64,000 nt of DNA, taken from Clostridia bacterium. GTDB taxonomy: Bacteria > Bacillota > Clostridia > Saccharofermentanales > UBA5734. Both the position numbers and the translations under genes were made by a program. Under the pieces are notes generated by a model that saw only the letters and a program-made list of their open reading frames with translations, was not told the DNA's origin and did not search any database. Of the stretch, positions 47,157 through 56,646 are shown in pieces; position 1 is the first letter of the stretch; the number at the start of each line of letters is the position of its first letter. The stretch is from contig JAXGXQ010000002.1 in NCBI GenBank assembly GCA_040772685.1, positions 170,094-234,093 of the forward strand, given 5' to 3'.

Positions 47157-48780
47157 TGTTGCCGCGCAGGGCCTGCGGTAAGGCATCGACAGCATCGCGG
47201 ATCTCGTTGGCGGCGTTGGCCAGGCGGCTGACGACTTCGGCCAGACCATCGTCAAACGACTGCAATGTATCCGCTACATAGCGAGTTGAGGCTTGAGCAA
47301 ACTGCTGGCCGGTCTGGTCGAGCAGTGCATTGAGTTCTTGAAAACGTTGATTGATTCCGGTTGACTGTAAAGTCAGCTGACCGGTTTCCTGACGCATCTG
47401 TTGCAGCAACAAACCAATCTCCTGCTGTAATCCTTCTGTCAGGCGGCTGACCTGCGTGTTCATATCGGCTATGTACTGGCCGGAGGTTTTTGATTGGTTC
47501 TGAGCCGCAATCTGCGCTTCGCGTAAGGCTCGGCTCGATTCCGCTACCAGCCCGGCGAGAGCTTGCGCGTACGAGGACATTTGTTGGTTCAGCTCATTTA
47601 CAGTCGAGGTCAAAGATTGCTCATTGCCGGCGTAGACATTTGCCATACTGGCAGTTGCTTCTGCCAGCCGGGAAATTTCACTGCTCATGGCGCTGCTGTC
47701 TTGTGAAAAGGCTTCACGCGCCTGGGCTAAAACGCCAATCGAAGCTTCTGTCTGGCGAGCCAAGGTATCAGCTTCAGTGCGAGCGGTCTGCAGGGAGCGT
47801 AAAGCCACATCGACGTACTGCTTGACATCACTCATCAGCGGAGTCAGCTTACTGAGCTCGCTGTAGATCGGCTCTAAATGGCTGGCTAATTCTTCCGATA
47901 AAGCGCTGGCAAAACGGACAGCCATATCCTGCATGCCTTTATCCTGGCGGTTGACAACATCGGCAGCCAGTGTTGTAACAGCCTGATTGGCTTCCGCAAT
48001 TGTGGGCGCGACGGTTTCCATCAGGACGCGCTCGACACTGTGCTGAATCCCAGCTGCCATTTCCGATTCGGCTATGCGGGAAGTAGTTTGATTGAAACTG
48101 TCGAGAGATGCCGCCATCTGACGGTCGGATTCCAGAAAAGCATTAACTAATGCTGCCAGGCCGGTTTGACTGCCCAAAGTCGGCACCCGGCGGTTGATTG
48201 CTGCATTCAGCTGTGAAGCCCGGTGTCTTAGTTTGCCCCGCCGCTGAACTGCCAGTAATGCCAGCAGCAGACCGCCGGCCAGTCCAACAGTAACCGGTGC
48301 GAACGTAAACAGTAGATTAAGCGCACCTGCCGGCAGCGGTAAATTGATTTGAGTGATCAGACTGGCTAGAGTTGCGGCCAGACCGATCAGGAAAACAGAT
48401 ACTGCCGGGCGCAGACTGAGGCTGTTTTCCTGTAAAGGTGTCAGTAGATTATCCGGAGCCAGAACCGGCGCTGGATCAGGCAGCCACTTGCCGTCATGCA
48501 GCTCAATAGCGTCACGCCGCAAACAGGTTATGCCCTCACTCAAAGCTTCGCAATCGGCTGCCGTTGCCAGCGCAGCCAAAGCATCGATATTGGCGGCACT
48601 GTAACCGGGCAGATCATTTACATCTTCGGTTAAATAACTCAGTGCTTTTGAGACGCGTTTGGCAATGCGCCAGCCTGCCAGACTGTAAATAATCACGGCC
48701 AGCAGCAGGAGTATTGTTATCCCGGGCGAAAGGATCAGATGAATGGCTGGCTGTTCAAATCCGGCAAGAGCAAGCAACAT
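47143..48780 (-). CDS. Hypothetical membrane protein A (545 aa): 3 predicted TM segments plus a ~365-aa Ala/Gln/Ser-rich helical tail
   Basis: ATG 48780 follows AAAGGAGG. Hydrophobic spans at about aa 13-37, 126-145 and 153-178, with K/R clusters after TM1 (WRIAKRVSK) and TM3 (QRRGKLRHR). The rest is a heptad-like low-complexity helix. The MCP signalling motif is absent. Confidence 0.75.
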   Translation of the reverse strand: MLLALAGFEQPAIHLILSPGITILLLLAVIIYSLAGWRIAKRVSKALSYLTEDVNDLPGYSAANIDALAALATAADCEALSEGITCLRRDAIELHDGKWLPDPAPVLAPDNLLTPLQENSLSLRPAVSVFLIGLAATLASLITQINLPLPAGALNLLFTFAPVTVGLAGGLLLALLAVQRRGKLRHRASQLNAAINRRVPTLGSQTGLAALVNAFLESDRQMAASLDSFNQTTSRIAESEMAAGIQHSVERVLMETVAPTIAEANQAVTTLAADVVNRQDKGMQDMAVRFASALSEELASHLEPIYSELSKLTPLMSDVKQYVDVALRSLQTARTEADTLARQTEASIGVLAQAREAFSQDSSAMSSEISRLAEATASMANVYAGNEQSLTSTVNELNQQMSSYAQALAGLVAESSRALREAQIAAQNQSKTSGQYIADMNTQVSRLTEGLQQEIGLLLQQMRQETGQLTLQSTGINQRFQELNALLDQTGQQFAQASTRYVADTLQSFDDGLAEVVSRLANAANEIRDAVDALPQALRGNNDFQ

Positions 48781-48880
48781 AGATGCCTCCTTTAATGAGT
48801 TGGCAGGGACGAAAGTCAATAAGTAAAAACTGTCATTTTGAGTCAATATTGTTCAGTTGGAAATTTTCAGAAGCAAATCA

Positions 48881-50002
48881 TCAGGGGTTCAGGCCGGTCA
48901 GTTCCGGTAATGTGAACATTCCGTCCTTGCGAACCAATACGTCGTCAAACCAGATCTCGCCGCCGCCGTATTCCGGCCGCTGAATGCAGACCATATCCCA
49001 ATGAATTGTTGAAGTGTTGCCGTTATCCGCTTCAGCGTAGGCCTTGCCGGGTGTGAAGTGGAAGGAACCGCAGATTTTTTCATCAAACAGGGTGTTCAGG
49101 AAAGGCTCGCGGATCAAGGGGTTGATTCCCAGCGCGAACTCACCGACATAACGGGCGCCTTCATCACTGTCCAGGATTTTATTCAGCGTCTCTTCATTGG
49201 TATCTGCAGTTGCTTTGATAATTTTGCCGTTTTCAAATTCCAGCTTTACGCCGGTCATGATTTTGCCCCAGTAGAGCGTTGGTGTGTTGAATTTAAGTGT
49301 GCCGTTGATGGAATCTCTAACCGGTGCTGTGAAAACTTCGCCGTCCGGAATGTTTGCTTCACCACTGCAGGGAATAATCGGAATATTCTTGATTGAGAAT
49401 CTGAGGTCTGTTTCCGGCCCGACAATCCGGACGCGGTCGGTGCGTTCCATCAGGCTGACCAGGGGTTTAACATCCTCCGCCATTTTGGCGTAATCAACAT
49501 TGGAAACGTCGAAGACAAAATCGAAATATTTTTCATAAGCAATACCGGCACGCTGCGCCTGGCCCGGAGTCGGGTATTCAAACAGCACCCAGCGGCGTTC
49601 ATCTATCAACAAATCCTGGAGCGGCTTGGCTATGCGTCCTTCCATGTTGTGAATCGCAGGCGGAATTGCCGACAATTCCTGGTCATTCTGATAGGCTCGC
49701 AGGTTGATCAGACAAGCGATGTCTTGTGCACGGGCCAGTCCCCAGGATGTTTTTTTCTCCAAAAACCGTTCACTGGCACAGTCGTCATCAGTATGCAGGC
49801 CTTCCTTTGCCAGACGAATTGTTTCCTGAGTGGTTATTTCCGGCACGACAAAAACGCCCATTTCGTTGGCACGAAGCATTATGGCTTTGGCCAGCGGCAA
49901 GGCTGTGATATCCGTGTTCAGGAGGACGATCTCCTGCGGCTGGGCTTTTATCGAATATTCAAGCATTAGTTTAGCAAGTTGGTCGAGACGTGAATCTTTC
50001 AT
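48881..50002 (-). CDS. M29-family aminopeptidase (AmpS/PepS-like)
   Basis: 373 aa; blocks GEANIPDGEVFTAP, EFALGINP, TLFDEKICGSFHFTPG and IHWDMV. GAGGAGG RBS. Confidence 0.85.
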   Translation of the reverse strand: MKDSRLDQLAKLMLEYSIKAQPQEIVLLNTDITALPLAKAIMLRANEMGVFVVPEITTQETIRLAKEGLHTDDDCASERFLEKKTSWGLARAQDIACLINLRAYQNDQELSAIPPAIHNMEGRIAKPLQDLLIDERRWVLFEYPTPGQAQRAGIAYEKYFDFVFDVSNVDYAKMAEDVKPLVSLMERTDRVRIVGPETDLRFSIKNIPIIPCSGEANIPDGEVFTAPVRDSINGTLKFNTPTLYWGKIMTGVKLEFENGKIIKATADTNEETLNKILDSDEGARYVGEFALGINPLIREPFLNTLFDEKICGSFHFTPGKAYAEADNGNTSTIHWDMVCIQRPEYGGGEIWFDDVLVRKDGMFTLPELTGLNP

Positions 50003-50153
50003 TTTGCCTCCTCAGACTGCGCTGGCAAGACGGCGGTTTTATGCATCGGCCGCCTTGCTTTTCGTGTTCAATAACTGAAAATATTATAGCAGATAGCACT
50101 GTAAGATTCGCGGATCCGGCAGCTAAACCAGCTTTTGCTTCACGCGCAAGCTT

Positions 50154-51077
50154 TTAGCCATCTAAGCCGAAGTAGTCGTTCAGGTTGTTGATAAATCGAG
50201 TTGAAAGCTTGTTAAGCGGTTCACCATATCGCTTGATCCACACTAATTCGGTAACAGGTGCCGGTTCTTCATTATCAGACACCACTGCTACAGAACGGAT
50301 TGGTGTGCCGGCAAAGCACCCAATAGCCCATTTTGAAACAAATAGCAATGAATCGGTTTCAAGCAGAAAGTGCGCACAGGCACTAATGGAATTAAAGAAA
50401 ATAATGTTATTCATATTGAAGTGGTGTTTCGTGCTTTCAATAAAGTTGGCCATTTTCGTTTCTTGCTCCATATCCAAAGCAATTTGCGGACAGCGCTCAG
50501 CTTCCGCGAAGGTTATCTGCTCGCGCTTATAATAGGGTGATTTTGGCCCGATACAGGCAAAAACGCCGGCTTTGTCGAGATGATTAACCTCAAGTTTTTT
50601 CAAATCAGACTGCCAGAGAAATGTTTTGCTGTCAGAAGTTGAACGCACCAGTATACCAAGGTCAACCTCGCCTTCAATTACCTTGCGGATTACGCTCTTG
50701 CGATCAGTTTCTAAAATGTTGCTGACAATAGCTCCGCTTTTTTTAAAGGTCTTGACCAGGATGTCATAAAGAAAGTCGCATTGCTGTGAAGCGATAAACA
50801 ATTGTGACCTGTCTTCCGCACCTCTGTCGGTAAACGTGTTGTCGAGTCTTGTCGCAGCTTCAACAACAACCTTCGCATAGTTCAGGAACTTGACGCCAAC
50901 CGGCGTTAAAACTACGCCTAAAGGTTTGCGCTCAAACAGTTGGATGCTGTACTCACTTTCCAGCTGGGCTATTGATTTTGACAAACTCGGTTGGCTGATG
51001 TACAACGCCTGTGCTGCTTCCGTCATAGATCCGCAATCTGCTGTTTTTATGAAATACCTCAATTGATTAATGTTCAC
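50154..51077 (-). CDS. LysR-family transcriptional regulator
   Basis: HTH MNINQLRYFIKTADCGSMTEAAQALYISQPSLSKSIAQLE; GTG start after AAGGAG; divergent from the operon at 51306. Confidence 0.9.
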   Translation of the reverse strand: MNINQLRYFIKTADCGSMTEAAQALYISQPSLSKSIAQLESEYSIQLFERKPLGVVLTPVGVKFLNYAKVVVEAATRLDNTFTDRGAEDRSQLFIASQQCDFLYDILVKTFKKSGAIVSNILETDRKSVIRKVIEGEVDLGILVRSTSDSKTFLWQSDLKKLEVNHLDKAGVFACIGPKSPYYKREQITFAEAERCPQIALDMEQETKMANFIESTKHHFNMNNIIFFNSISACAHFLLETDSLLFVSKWAIGCFAGTPIRSVAVVSDNEEPAPVTELVWIKRYGEPLNKLSTRFINNLNDYFGLDG

Positions 51078-51128
51078 AAAACTCGGCTCCTTTTTTGTAC
51101 TTTATCACCTAGTCAATGCACAAAAGCT

Positions 51129-51162
51129 ATGGGCAGGGTGTGAAAAATCTATATTTGCCCAT
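51129..51162. promoter_or_regulatory. Inverted repeat ATGGGCA-N20-TGCCCAT in the LysR divergent intergenic region (candidate regulator site)
   Basis: Read directly. Also a direct repeat AAAATTGCA x2 about 25 nt apart further downstream (~51171-51205). Confidence 0.35.
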
Positions 51163-51305
51163 ACTATCACAAAATTGCAAAATAAAAGCAACTGAAAATT
51201 GCACAGAATAACTAAAAGCAAGAAAATCTAAATTCAATCATCGAATACCAAAATTTGGTTTCAGGCACTATTTGTTCTTCGCAACGAAAAATATGGAGGG
51301 TTTGC

Positions 51306-52157
51306 ATGATGTCGGAAGAATACTATTCGATTTATCCAAAAGATATGTGGAAGAATGAAACATATCGGTTATTTGACAAATTTTCTCTTAAGGGGAAAAA
51401 AGGCATGGTAACTGGTGGTGGCGGCGGCATCGGCAGAAATACAGCTGCTGCCTGGGCAGAAGCAGGCGCTGACGTTGCTTTGGTTGATATCCCCGCGTCT
51501 AAGGACAGGCTTGAAGCGACTGCCGCAGAAATGTCGAAACGTTATGGTGTAAAAGTTGTTCCTTTGTACTGTGATGTTTCCAGCAAAGAACAAGTAGATG
51601 CACTCAAGGAAAACCTCATTAAAGAATTGGGCACAATTGATGTTGCTCATATCAACGCAGGTGTTTGCCTGGGCGGCGATGACGTGGATTGTCCTTATGA
51701 GGTTTGGCAGAAAACACTTGATATCAACCTTACCGGAGCTTTCCTGACTGCGCAGATTTCGCATCAGATAATGCGCGAGCATGGCCATGGCGGTTCCATA
51801 ATCATGACTTCCTCTTTATCTGGTTATAACGCCAACTTCATAGATGGCGGCCCCACTCCTGTAGCTGCTTATGGTACTACAAAAGCCGCTGTATCTCAGT
51901 ATGCACGTTATCTGGCCGCCGGGTTGGCAAAATTCGATATCCGGGTAAATACAATATCACCCGGTTATATCTGGTCAGGAATTCATGAAGGCGTCATGGA
52001 CAAAACAGGCCATGACTTGCTGCTCGAAGTAGTGCCGATGAAACGTTTCGGCCGTACTGATGAACTGCAGGCTGTCATGTTGTTTTTGGCCAGTGATGCT
52101 TCTTCATACGTTACAGGCATCAATATCCCAGTGGATGGCGGCTATTCAATTTATTAA
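51306..52157 (+). CDS. SDR-family oxidoreductase
   Basis: TGGGGGIGRNTA cofactor motif, catalytic YGTTKAA (YxxxK). Start at ATG 51306 (GGAGGG RBS). Confidence 0.85.
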   Translation: MMSEEYYSIYPKDMWKNETYRLFDKFSLKGKKGMVTGGGGGIGRNTAAAWAEAGADVALVDIPASKDRLEATAAEMSKRYGVKVVPLYCDVSSKEQVDALKENLIKELGTIDVAHINAGVCLGGDDVDCPYEVWQKTLDINLTGAFLTAQISHQIMREHGHGGSIIMTSSLSGYNANFIDGGPTPVAAYGTTKAAVSQYARYLAAGLAKFDIRVNTISPGYIWSGIHEGVMDKTGHDLLLEVVPMKRFGRTDELQAVMLFLASDASSYVTGINIPVDGGYSIY

Positions 52158-52175
52158 GAGAGGATGTACAGAATC

Positions 52176-53066
52176 ATGGCAAAAGTTTATATTGAAGACG
52201 TGCGCGATCTGGTTGCCAAGGCTGGAGAAATCCGCCAGCAGTTGGCATTAGGCACACGTCGTATCGGTAATGTTCATATCGCTGGCCCGATGTCAGCTGC
52301 AGATATGGCTGTCGCCGTTTATTACAAATATCTTGGATTTGACCCGGAAAATCTGGAAGATCCAAATCGCAATATCTTCATTTTAAGTAAAGGTCACAAC
52401 GGTGTTCTGCTTTACACAATTTTCTGCGACATGGGGATGTATGACTGGGAACTGCTCCTGGACAAATATAACACCATTGGCAACTCCTTCGGTGCCCATC
52501 CGAACCGTAAGCATGTCAAAGGCATTGAAGTCTCAACCGGCTCACTTGGACATGGCTTGAACTGGGCTGTAGGCATTGGGCATGCCAACCGTGATCAAGG
52601 TATTAAGTCGCGTATATTTGTAATGCTTGGCGACGGTGAAATGGAAGAAGGTTCCAACTGGGAGGCAATCCTTTATTCCGCCTCTAAAAACATGGACAAT
52701 ATCGTCGCACTGGTTGACTTTAACCACTGTTCCGCTTCCTTCGAAGTTAACGAGAATATCCGTTGGGGCACTGAAGGCGGTGCTGAAGGCATGGCAGACT
52801 GTTTCCGGGCATTCGGCTGGAACGCAGTTGTCATAGACGGCACAGACATGACAGAAATCGACAAAACTCTGGCCGCACTGCCTGAGGTCACACTTAACGG
52901 CAAACCTAATGCGATTATCAGCAAAACCATTAAAGGTCAGGGCTGTAAATTCATGAGCGACAGACCTGCTGCCTGGCACATTGGCGGCTTTGACGATGAA
53001 AAGCTGGCAGAAGCACAGGCATTGATTGCTGAATACACGAATGAAAAGCTGAAGGAGGTGCAGTGA
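52176..53066 (+). CDS. Transketolase, N-terminal (TPP-binding) subunit
   Basis: Blocks SKGHNGVLLY, GSLGHGL and GDGEMEEGSNWEA (TPP/Mg motif). Split-type, followed directly by the C-terminal subunit. Confidence 0.88.
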   Translation: MAKVYIEDVRDLVAKAGEIRQQLALGTRRIGNVHIAGPMSAADMAVAVYYKYLGFDPENLEDPNRNIFILSKGHNGVLLYTIFCDMGMYDWELLLDKYNTIGNSFGAHPNRKHVKGIEVSTGSLGHGLNWAVGIGHANRDQGIKSRIFVMLGDGEMEEGSNWEAILYSASKNMDNIVALVDFNHCSASFEVNENIRWGTEGGAEGMADCFRAFGWNAVVIDGTDMTEIDKTLAALPEVTLNGKPNAIISKTIKGQGCKFMSDRPAAWHIGGFDDEKLAEAQALIAEYTNEKLKEVQ

Positions 53067-53068
53067 TA

Positions 53069-54037
53069 ATGGGCGGATTTACATTTTGTTGCGGCGATAT
53101 GGGAGCTATGTTTGATGCCAAGGGATCAGTTTCCAGAGCGATTCTGGATCTCGTAGAGTCAAACCCCAAGGTCGCATATATCAATACTGACGGTACAGGC
53201 AAGGGGAACAGCCTTGCTGCTGCTTCGCAAAAATATCCAGACAGAGTGTTTGATGTCGGCATTCAGGAAATGAACATGGTAACTGCTGCTGCCGGCATGG
53301 CTAAAATGGGCTACATCCCCTTTGCCCAGACGTTTGGACCGTTCCTTTGCGTGCGTGCGCTCGATCAGATTCATAACGATGTCTGCTATAACGATTTCCC
53401 CGTAAGAATGATCGGCACACATGCTGGCGTTTCATCTGGCTACGGACCGACCCACAATACAATTATTGAATTTGCGGTAATGAACGCGTTACCCAATATG
53501 ACAATGGTTGCGCCCTGCGACGCTGGCCAGGCTCGCAAGCTGATTAATGCCTCAATAACCTACCCTGGCCCGATCTACATCCGTATCCCGCGCGGTGAAG
53601 AGCCTTCAGTCTATCCGGAAAACTTTGAGTATGAATACCAGATCGGCAAAGCGATCGAAATCAAGGAAGGCACCGACTTAACCATTATCGCAACCGGCGT
53701 TGGCGTGTACCCGTCCGTAAAAGCAGCGGAGGCTCTACAGGAAGCGGGCTATGATGTCGGTGTTATCGACATGCATACAATCAAACCGATTGATGTCGAA
53801 GCAGTTCTGAAAGCTGCAAAAGCAGGCAAGATTATTACAGTTGAAGACCACAACATTAAAGGCGGCCTGGGCAGCATCGTTGCCGACACTTTGCTGGAAA
53901 ACGGCGTCTATGCCCAAGTGAAAAAAATCGGCATACCAGATACTTTCGTTGACTTTGGTTATCCGGAGGAGTTGTATCCCTTCTATGGTATGGATACAGC
54001 CGGCATTACCAAAACAGCGCTTGAAATGCTCAAGTGA
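53069..54037 (+). CDS. Transketolase, C-terminal (pyrimidine-binding) subunit
   Basis: Blocks FDVGIQEMNMV, TFGPFL..RALDQI, HAGVSSGYGPTH and a TKC domain. ATG 53069 follows AAGGAGG. Confidence 0.88.
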   Translation: MGGFTFCCGDMGAMFDAKGSVSRAILDLVESNPKVAYINTDGTGKGNSLAAASQKYPDRVFDVGIQEMNMVTAAAGMAKMGYIPFAQTFGPFLCVRALDQIHNDVCYNDFPVRMIGTHAGVSSGYGPTHNTIIEFAVMNALPNMTMVAPCDAGQARKLINASITYPGPIYIRIPRGEEPSVYPENFEYEYQIGKAIEIKEGTDLTIIATGVGVYPSVKAAEALQEAGYDVGVIDMHTIKPIDVEAVLKAAKAGKIITVEDHNIKGGLGSIVADTLLENGVYAQVKKIGIPDTFVDFGYPEELYPFYGMDTAGITKTALEMLK

Positions 54038-54048
54038 AAGGGTAATTA

Positions 54049-55101
54049 ATGCAACAGTTATTTATCACTGCGGTTCGCGATTTTGCAAAAAATACAATGG
54101 GTGTTGTTGAGAAACGGGAAGTACCCATGCCCGAACCAGCAGATGATGAGGTTCGGATCAAGGTTGTTTATTCATCTATCTGCGGCTCTGACACACATAC
54201 TCTGACGGGACATCTAGGGGCCTGGGAAGAAACGACCAAGTCGATGCTGCCAATGTCCTTTGGGCATGAACTGTCGGGCATCATTGACAAGGCTGGCTCC
54301 AAAGCCGAAGCCCTTGGCTATATGGCCGGTGACAAGGTAACTGCCAATTATGCCAAGTACTGTTATAGCTGTGATAATTGCCGCAGCGGCAAAGAAAATC
54401 TTTGCACCAATCTGCAGTTCTGCATGAATGGATTTGCTGAGTACGCTGTCTATCATGTCACACAAGTGCATAAGCTGCCCGCGGATTACGACCTGAAGTC
54501 AGCAGCGTTAATCGAACCTCTGACCATAGCAATGGCCGCTGCAGAACAGGCAAAATTCAGCTACGGTAAGTCAGTGGCGATCATGGGTGCAGGCGGACTT
54601 GGTCTGATGCTTGTTCAATTGGCGCGTTTGTCCGGTGCGGCAACTGTAACGGTTTTTGACTTAGTTGCGGACAAACGTGACTTGGCCTGTAAACTGGGTG
54701 CTGACTTTGTCTTTGATTCCCGCGTTGAGGGTGTTGTTGAAAAAGCGATCGAAGCTGCAGGCGGCAAGTATGATTGTGTGCTGGAGGGCACCGGTTCAAC
54801 TGAGGCCGCGAAGCTTGCGCTGCAACTGCTGGCACGTGATGGTGAAGGTGTATATTTTGCCATGTATGGGCAGGATCCAATTTTGCCAGTTAATCTGCAT
54901 ACCGATTTTTATTGGGATCAAAAACACCTGCATGGCGTAATCATGGGCGCCGGCATGTTTCCCAAGGCCATAAAAACACTTCCCCGCCTGGACATGGATT
55001 CCTTGATTCAACGTGTTTATCCCCTCAGTGATTACCAGAAGGCATTTGCAGATCTTTATGAGAAAAAACAGGTAAAGATTGTCATCAAAATGGATGCATG
55101 A
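54049..55101 (+). CDS. Zn-dependent medium-chain alcohol/polyol dehydrogenase (sorbitol/threonine-DH-like)
   Basis: Catalytic CGSDTH...GHELSG, structural-Zn Cys cluster CYSCDNCRSGKENLC, Rossmann GAGGLGLM. Confidence 0.88.
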   Translation: MQQLFITAVRDFAKNTMGVVEKREVPMPEPADDEVRIKVVYSSICGSDTHTLTGHLGAWEETTKSMLPMSFGHELSGIIDKAGSKAEALGYMAGDKVTANYAKYCYSCDNCRSGKENLCTNLQFCMNGFAEYAVYHVTQVHKLPADYDLKSAALIEPLTIAMAAAEQAKFSYGKSVAIMGAGGLGLMLVQLARLSGAATVTVFDLVADKRDLACKLGADFVFDSRVEGVVEKAIEAAGGKYDCVLEGTGSTEAAKLALQLLARDGEGVYFAMYGQDPILPVNLHTDFYWDQKHLHGVIMGAGMFPKAIKTLPRLDMDSLIQRVYPLSDYQKAFADLYEKKQVKIVIKMDA

Positions 55102-55160
55102 GCACACCCTAATAGAAGGAAGGAGAAGTCCGCTTATACATAGGCGGACGAGAACACACT

Positions 55161-56603
55161 ATGAGTGAAGTAAAAGCTGTTAAAGTGGATACTGATAAAT
55201 CCACCAAGCTGGAAACCGAAAAGCAATTGTTTTATGGAGGTCAGGCTGTTGCCCGTAAACTGGCGTTCGCCAGTGGCGAGATGGTGTACAACCTGCCCTG
55301 GATGCTGGTCAGTTCATTTCTTGCCTTTTTTTTGACTGACGTTGCCCTGGTTCCTGCCGCTTCAGTATCAATTATCTTTTTAGTCAGCCGTATCTGGGAT
55401 GCTGTCAACGATCCAATGATTGGATCTCTGTCTGACCGGACCAAAACAAAACTGGGCAGATACCGCCCCTGGATGCTGTTTGGCGGCTCTGCGCTGCTGC
55501 CGCTGGTTGTGCTGCTTTTCTGGGCGCATCCGACCTGGAGTGTTGGCGCCCGCACCGCTTACTATGCTGTGCTTTATATGATCACTGTAGTAGCTTCAAC
55601 ATCCTGGAATATTCCATATTCCGCTTTGAATGGCGTAATCAGCCCGTATCCGAGGGAAAGAGCTTCATTCGCCAGCTACCGGATTTCGGTTTCCTCACTA
55701 GCCTGCTCTGCTTCGGTAGCATTATTCCTCCCACTGGTTGCCAGATTCAGCGGTGCGGACAATAACAGCGTCCGTGGTTATCTTATGGCGGCACTTGTGA
55801 TTTGTGCCTTAGCTTTACCCTTCATGTTTACGAGTATTCTTGGTACCAAAGAAGCAATTAAACCGCCGCCAGCACAAAAATTCCATGCCAAAGACATGGT
55901 TCAACTCTTTACCAAGAACCCACCATTGCTGATCGTCAGCCTGGCCTTCCTGATTTATGGCTTCCTGAACTACGGCAGAATGACTGTTGGTATGTACTAT
56001 TTCACCTACGTTTGGGGAAATCCCAGCCTCTTCACTTTCTATGCCACAGCTACCGGCATCGTAACTGCGGTCGCTGCATTCTTCAGTATTTATCTGGTCA
56101 GACTGTTTAAAGGCAAACGCGGAGCGCTGCTCTTTAGCTACTTCGTTTCTATAATTCTTAATGCCATACTTTATTTCTTAACACCTGAGAGATCAACAGC
56201 AACAGTTGTCATGGTAATCCTGCTTTCAGCAGCTGTCATGAATGGCGCGATTACGGCTCTGCTTTATGGAATTATCGGTGATACCGCGGACTATGGCCAA
56301 TGGAAAACCGGTCTCCGTGCCGATGGACTTTGCTCATCAGGTACAAGCTTCATGCTGAAATTTGGCGGCGCGCTCGCGCCCACCATGCTGCTGTCAATGC
56401 TTGCCGCCAGCGGTTATGTAGCGAATTCTCCACAGCAAACAGCCGGTGCGCTCAGTTCCATGAATATCGTCATGAACCTGGTGCCGGCAATCCTCGCCGT
56501 AATCGGCTTTGTGCTCTTCCTCTTCTATAAACTGGACGAAAACTTGCACGGCAAGATTATCTCTGATCTTAAAGAACGTGGCCATTATCTTGTAGAAGAG
56601 TAA
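55161..56603 (+). CDS. GPH-family (MelB/YicJ-like) glycoside-pentoside-hexuronide:cation symporter
   Basis: 480-aa, 12-TM-type ORF with SRIWDAVNDPMIGSLSDRT..LGRYRPW, the GPH signature region. Confidence 0.85.
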   Translation: MSEVKAVKVDTDKSTKLETEKQLFYGGQAVARKLAFASGEMVYNLPWMLVSSFLAFFLTDVALVPAASVSIIFLVSRIWDAVNDPMIGSLSDRTKTKLGRYRPWMLFGGSALLPLVVLLFWAHPTWSVGARTAYYAVLYMITVVASTSWNIPYSALNGVISPYPRERASFASYRISVSSLACSASVALFLPLVARFSGADNNSVRGYLMAALVICALALPFMFTSILGTKEAIKPPPAQKFHAKDMVQLFTKNPPLLIVSLAFLIYGFLNYGRMTVGMYYFTYVWGNPSLFTFYATATGIVTAVAAFFSIYLVRLFKGKRGALLFSYFVSIILNAILYFLTPERSTATVVMVILLSAAVMNGAITALLYGIIGDTADYGQWKTGLRADGLCSSGTSFMLKFGGALAPTMLLSMLAASGYVANSPQQTAGALSSMNIVMNLVPAILAVIGFVLFLFYKLDENLHGKIISDLKERGHYLVEE

Positions 56604-56646
56604 TTCTCAAAGAACGTAAAGCGAAAGCATTAAAAATTCAAAAAAG

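Noticed and set aside
47143-48780. Reading protein A as a methyl-accepting chemotaxis protein
   Set aside because: The Ala/Gln/Ser-rich helices look MCP-like, but there is no HAMP-like segment. The highly conserved signalling-tip motif (…LALNA.IEAARAGE.GRGFAVVA.EVR.LA…) is absent, and there are three TM segments rather than two.
50020-50075. Imperfect hairpin GCAAGACGGCGG...CGGCCGCCTTGC followed by TTTT, on the plus strand between the aminopeptidase start and the LysR stop
   Set aside because: No plus-strand gene precedes it. On the minus strand, where it could terminate the LysR gene, there is no U-tract. It may be incidental.
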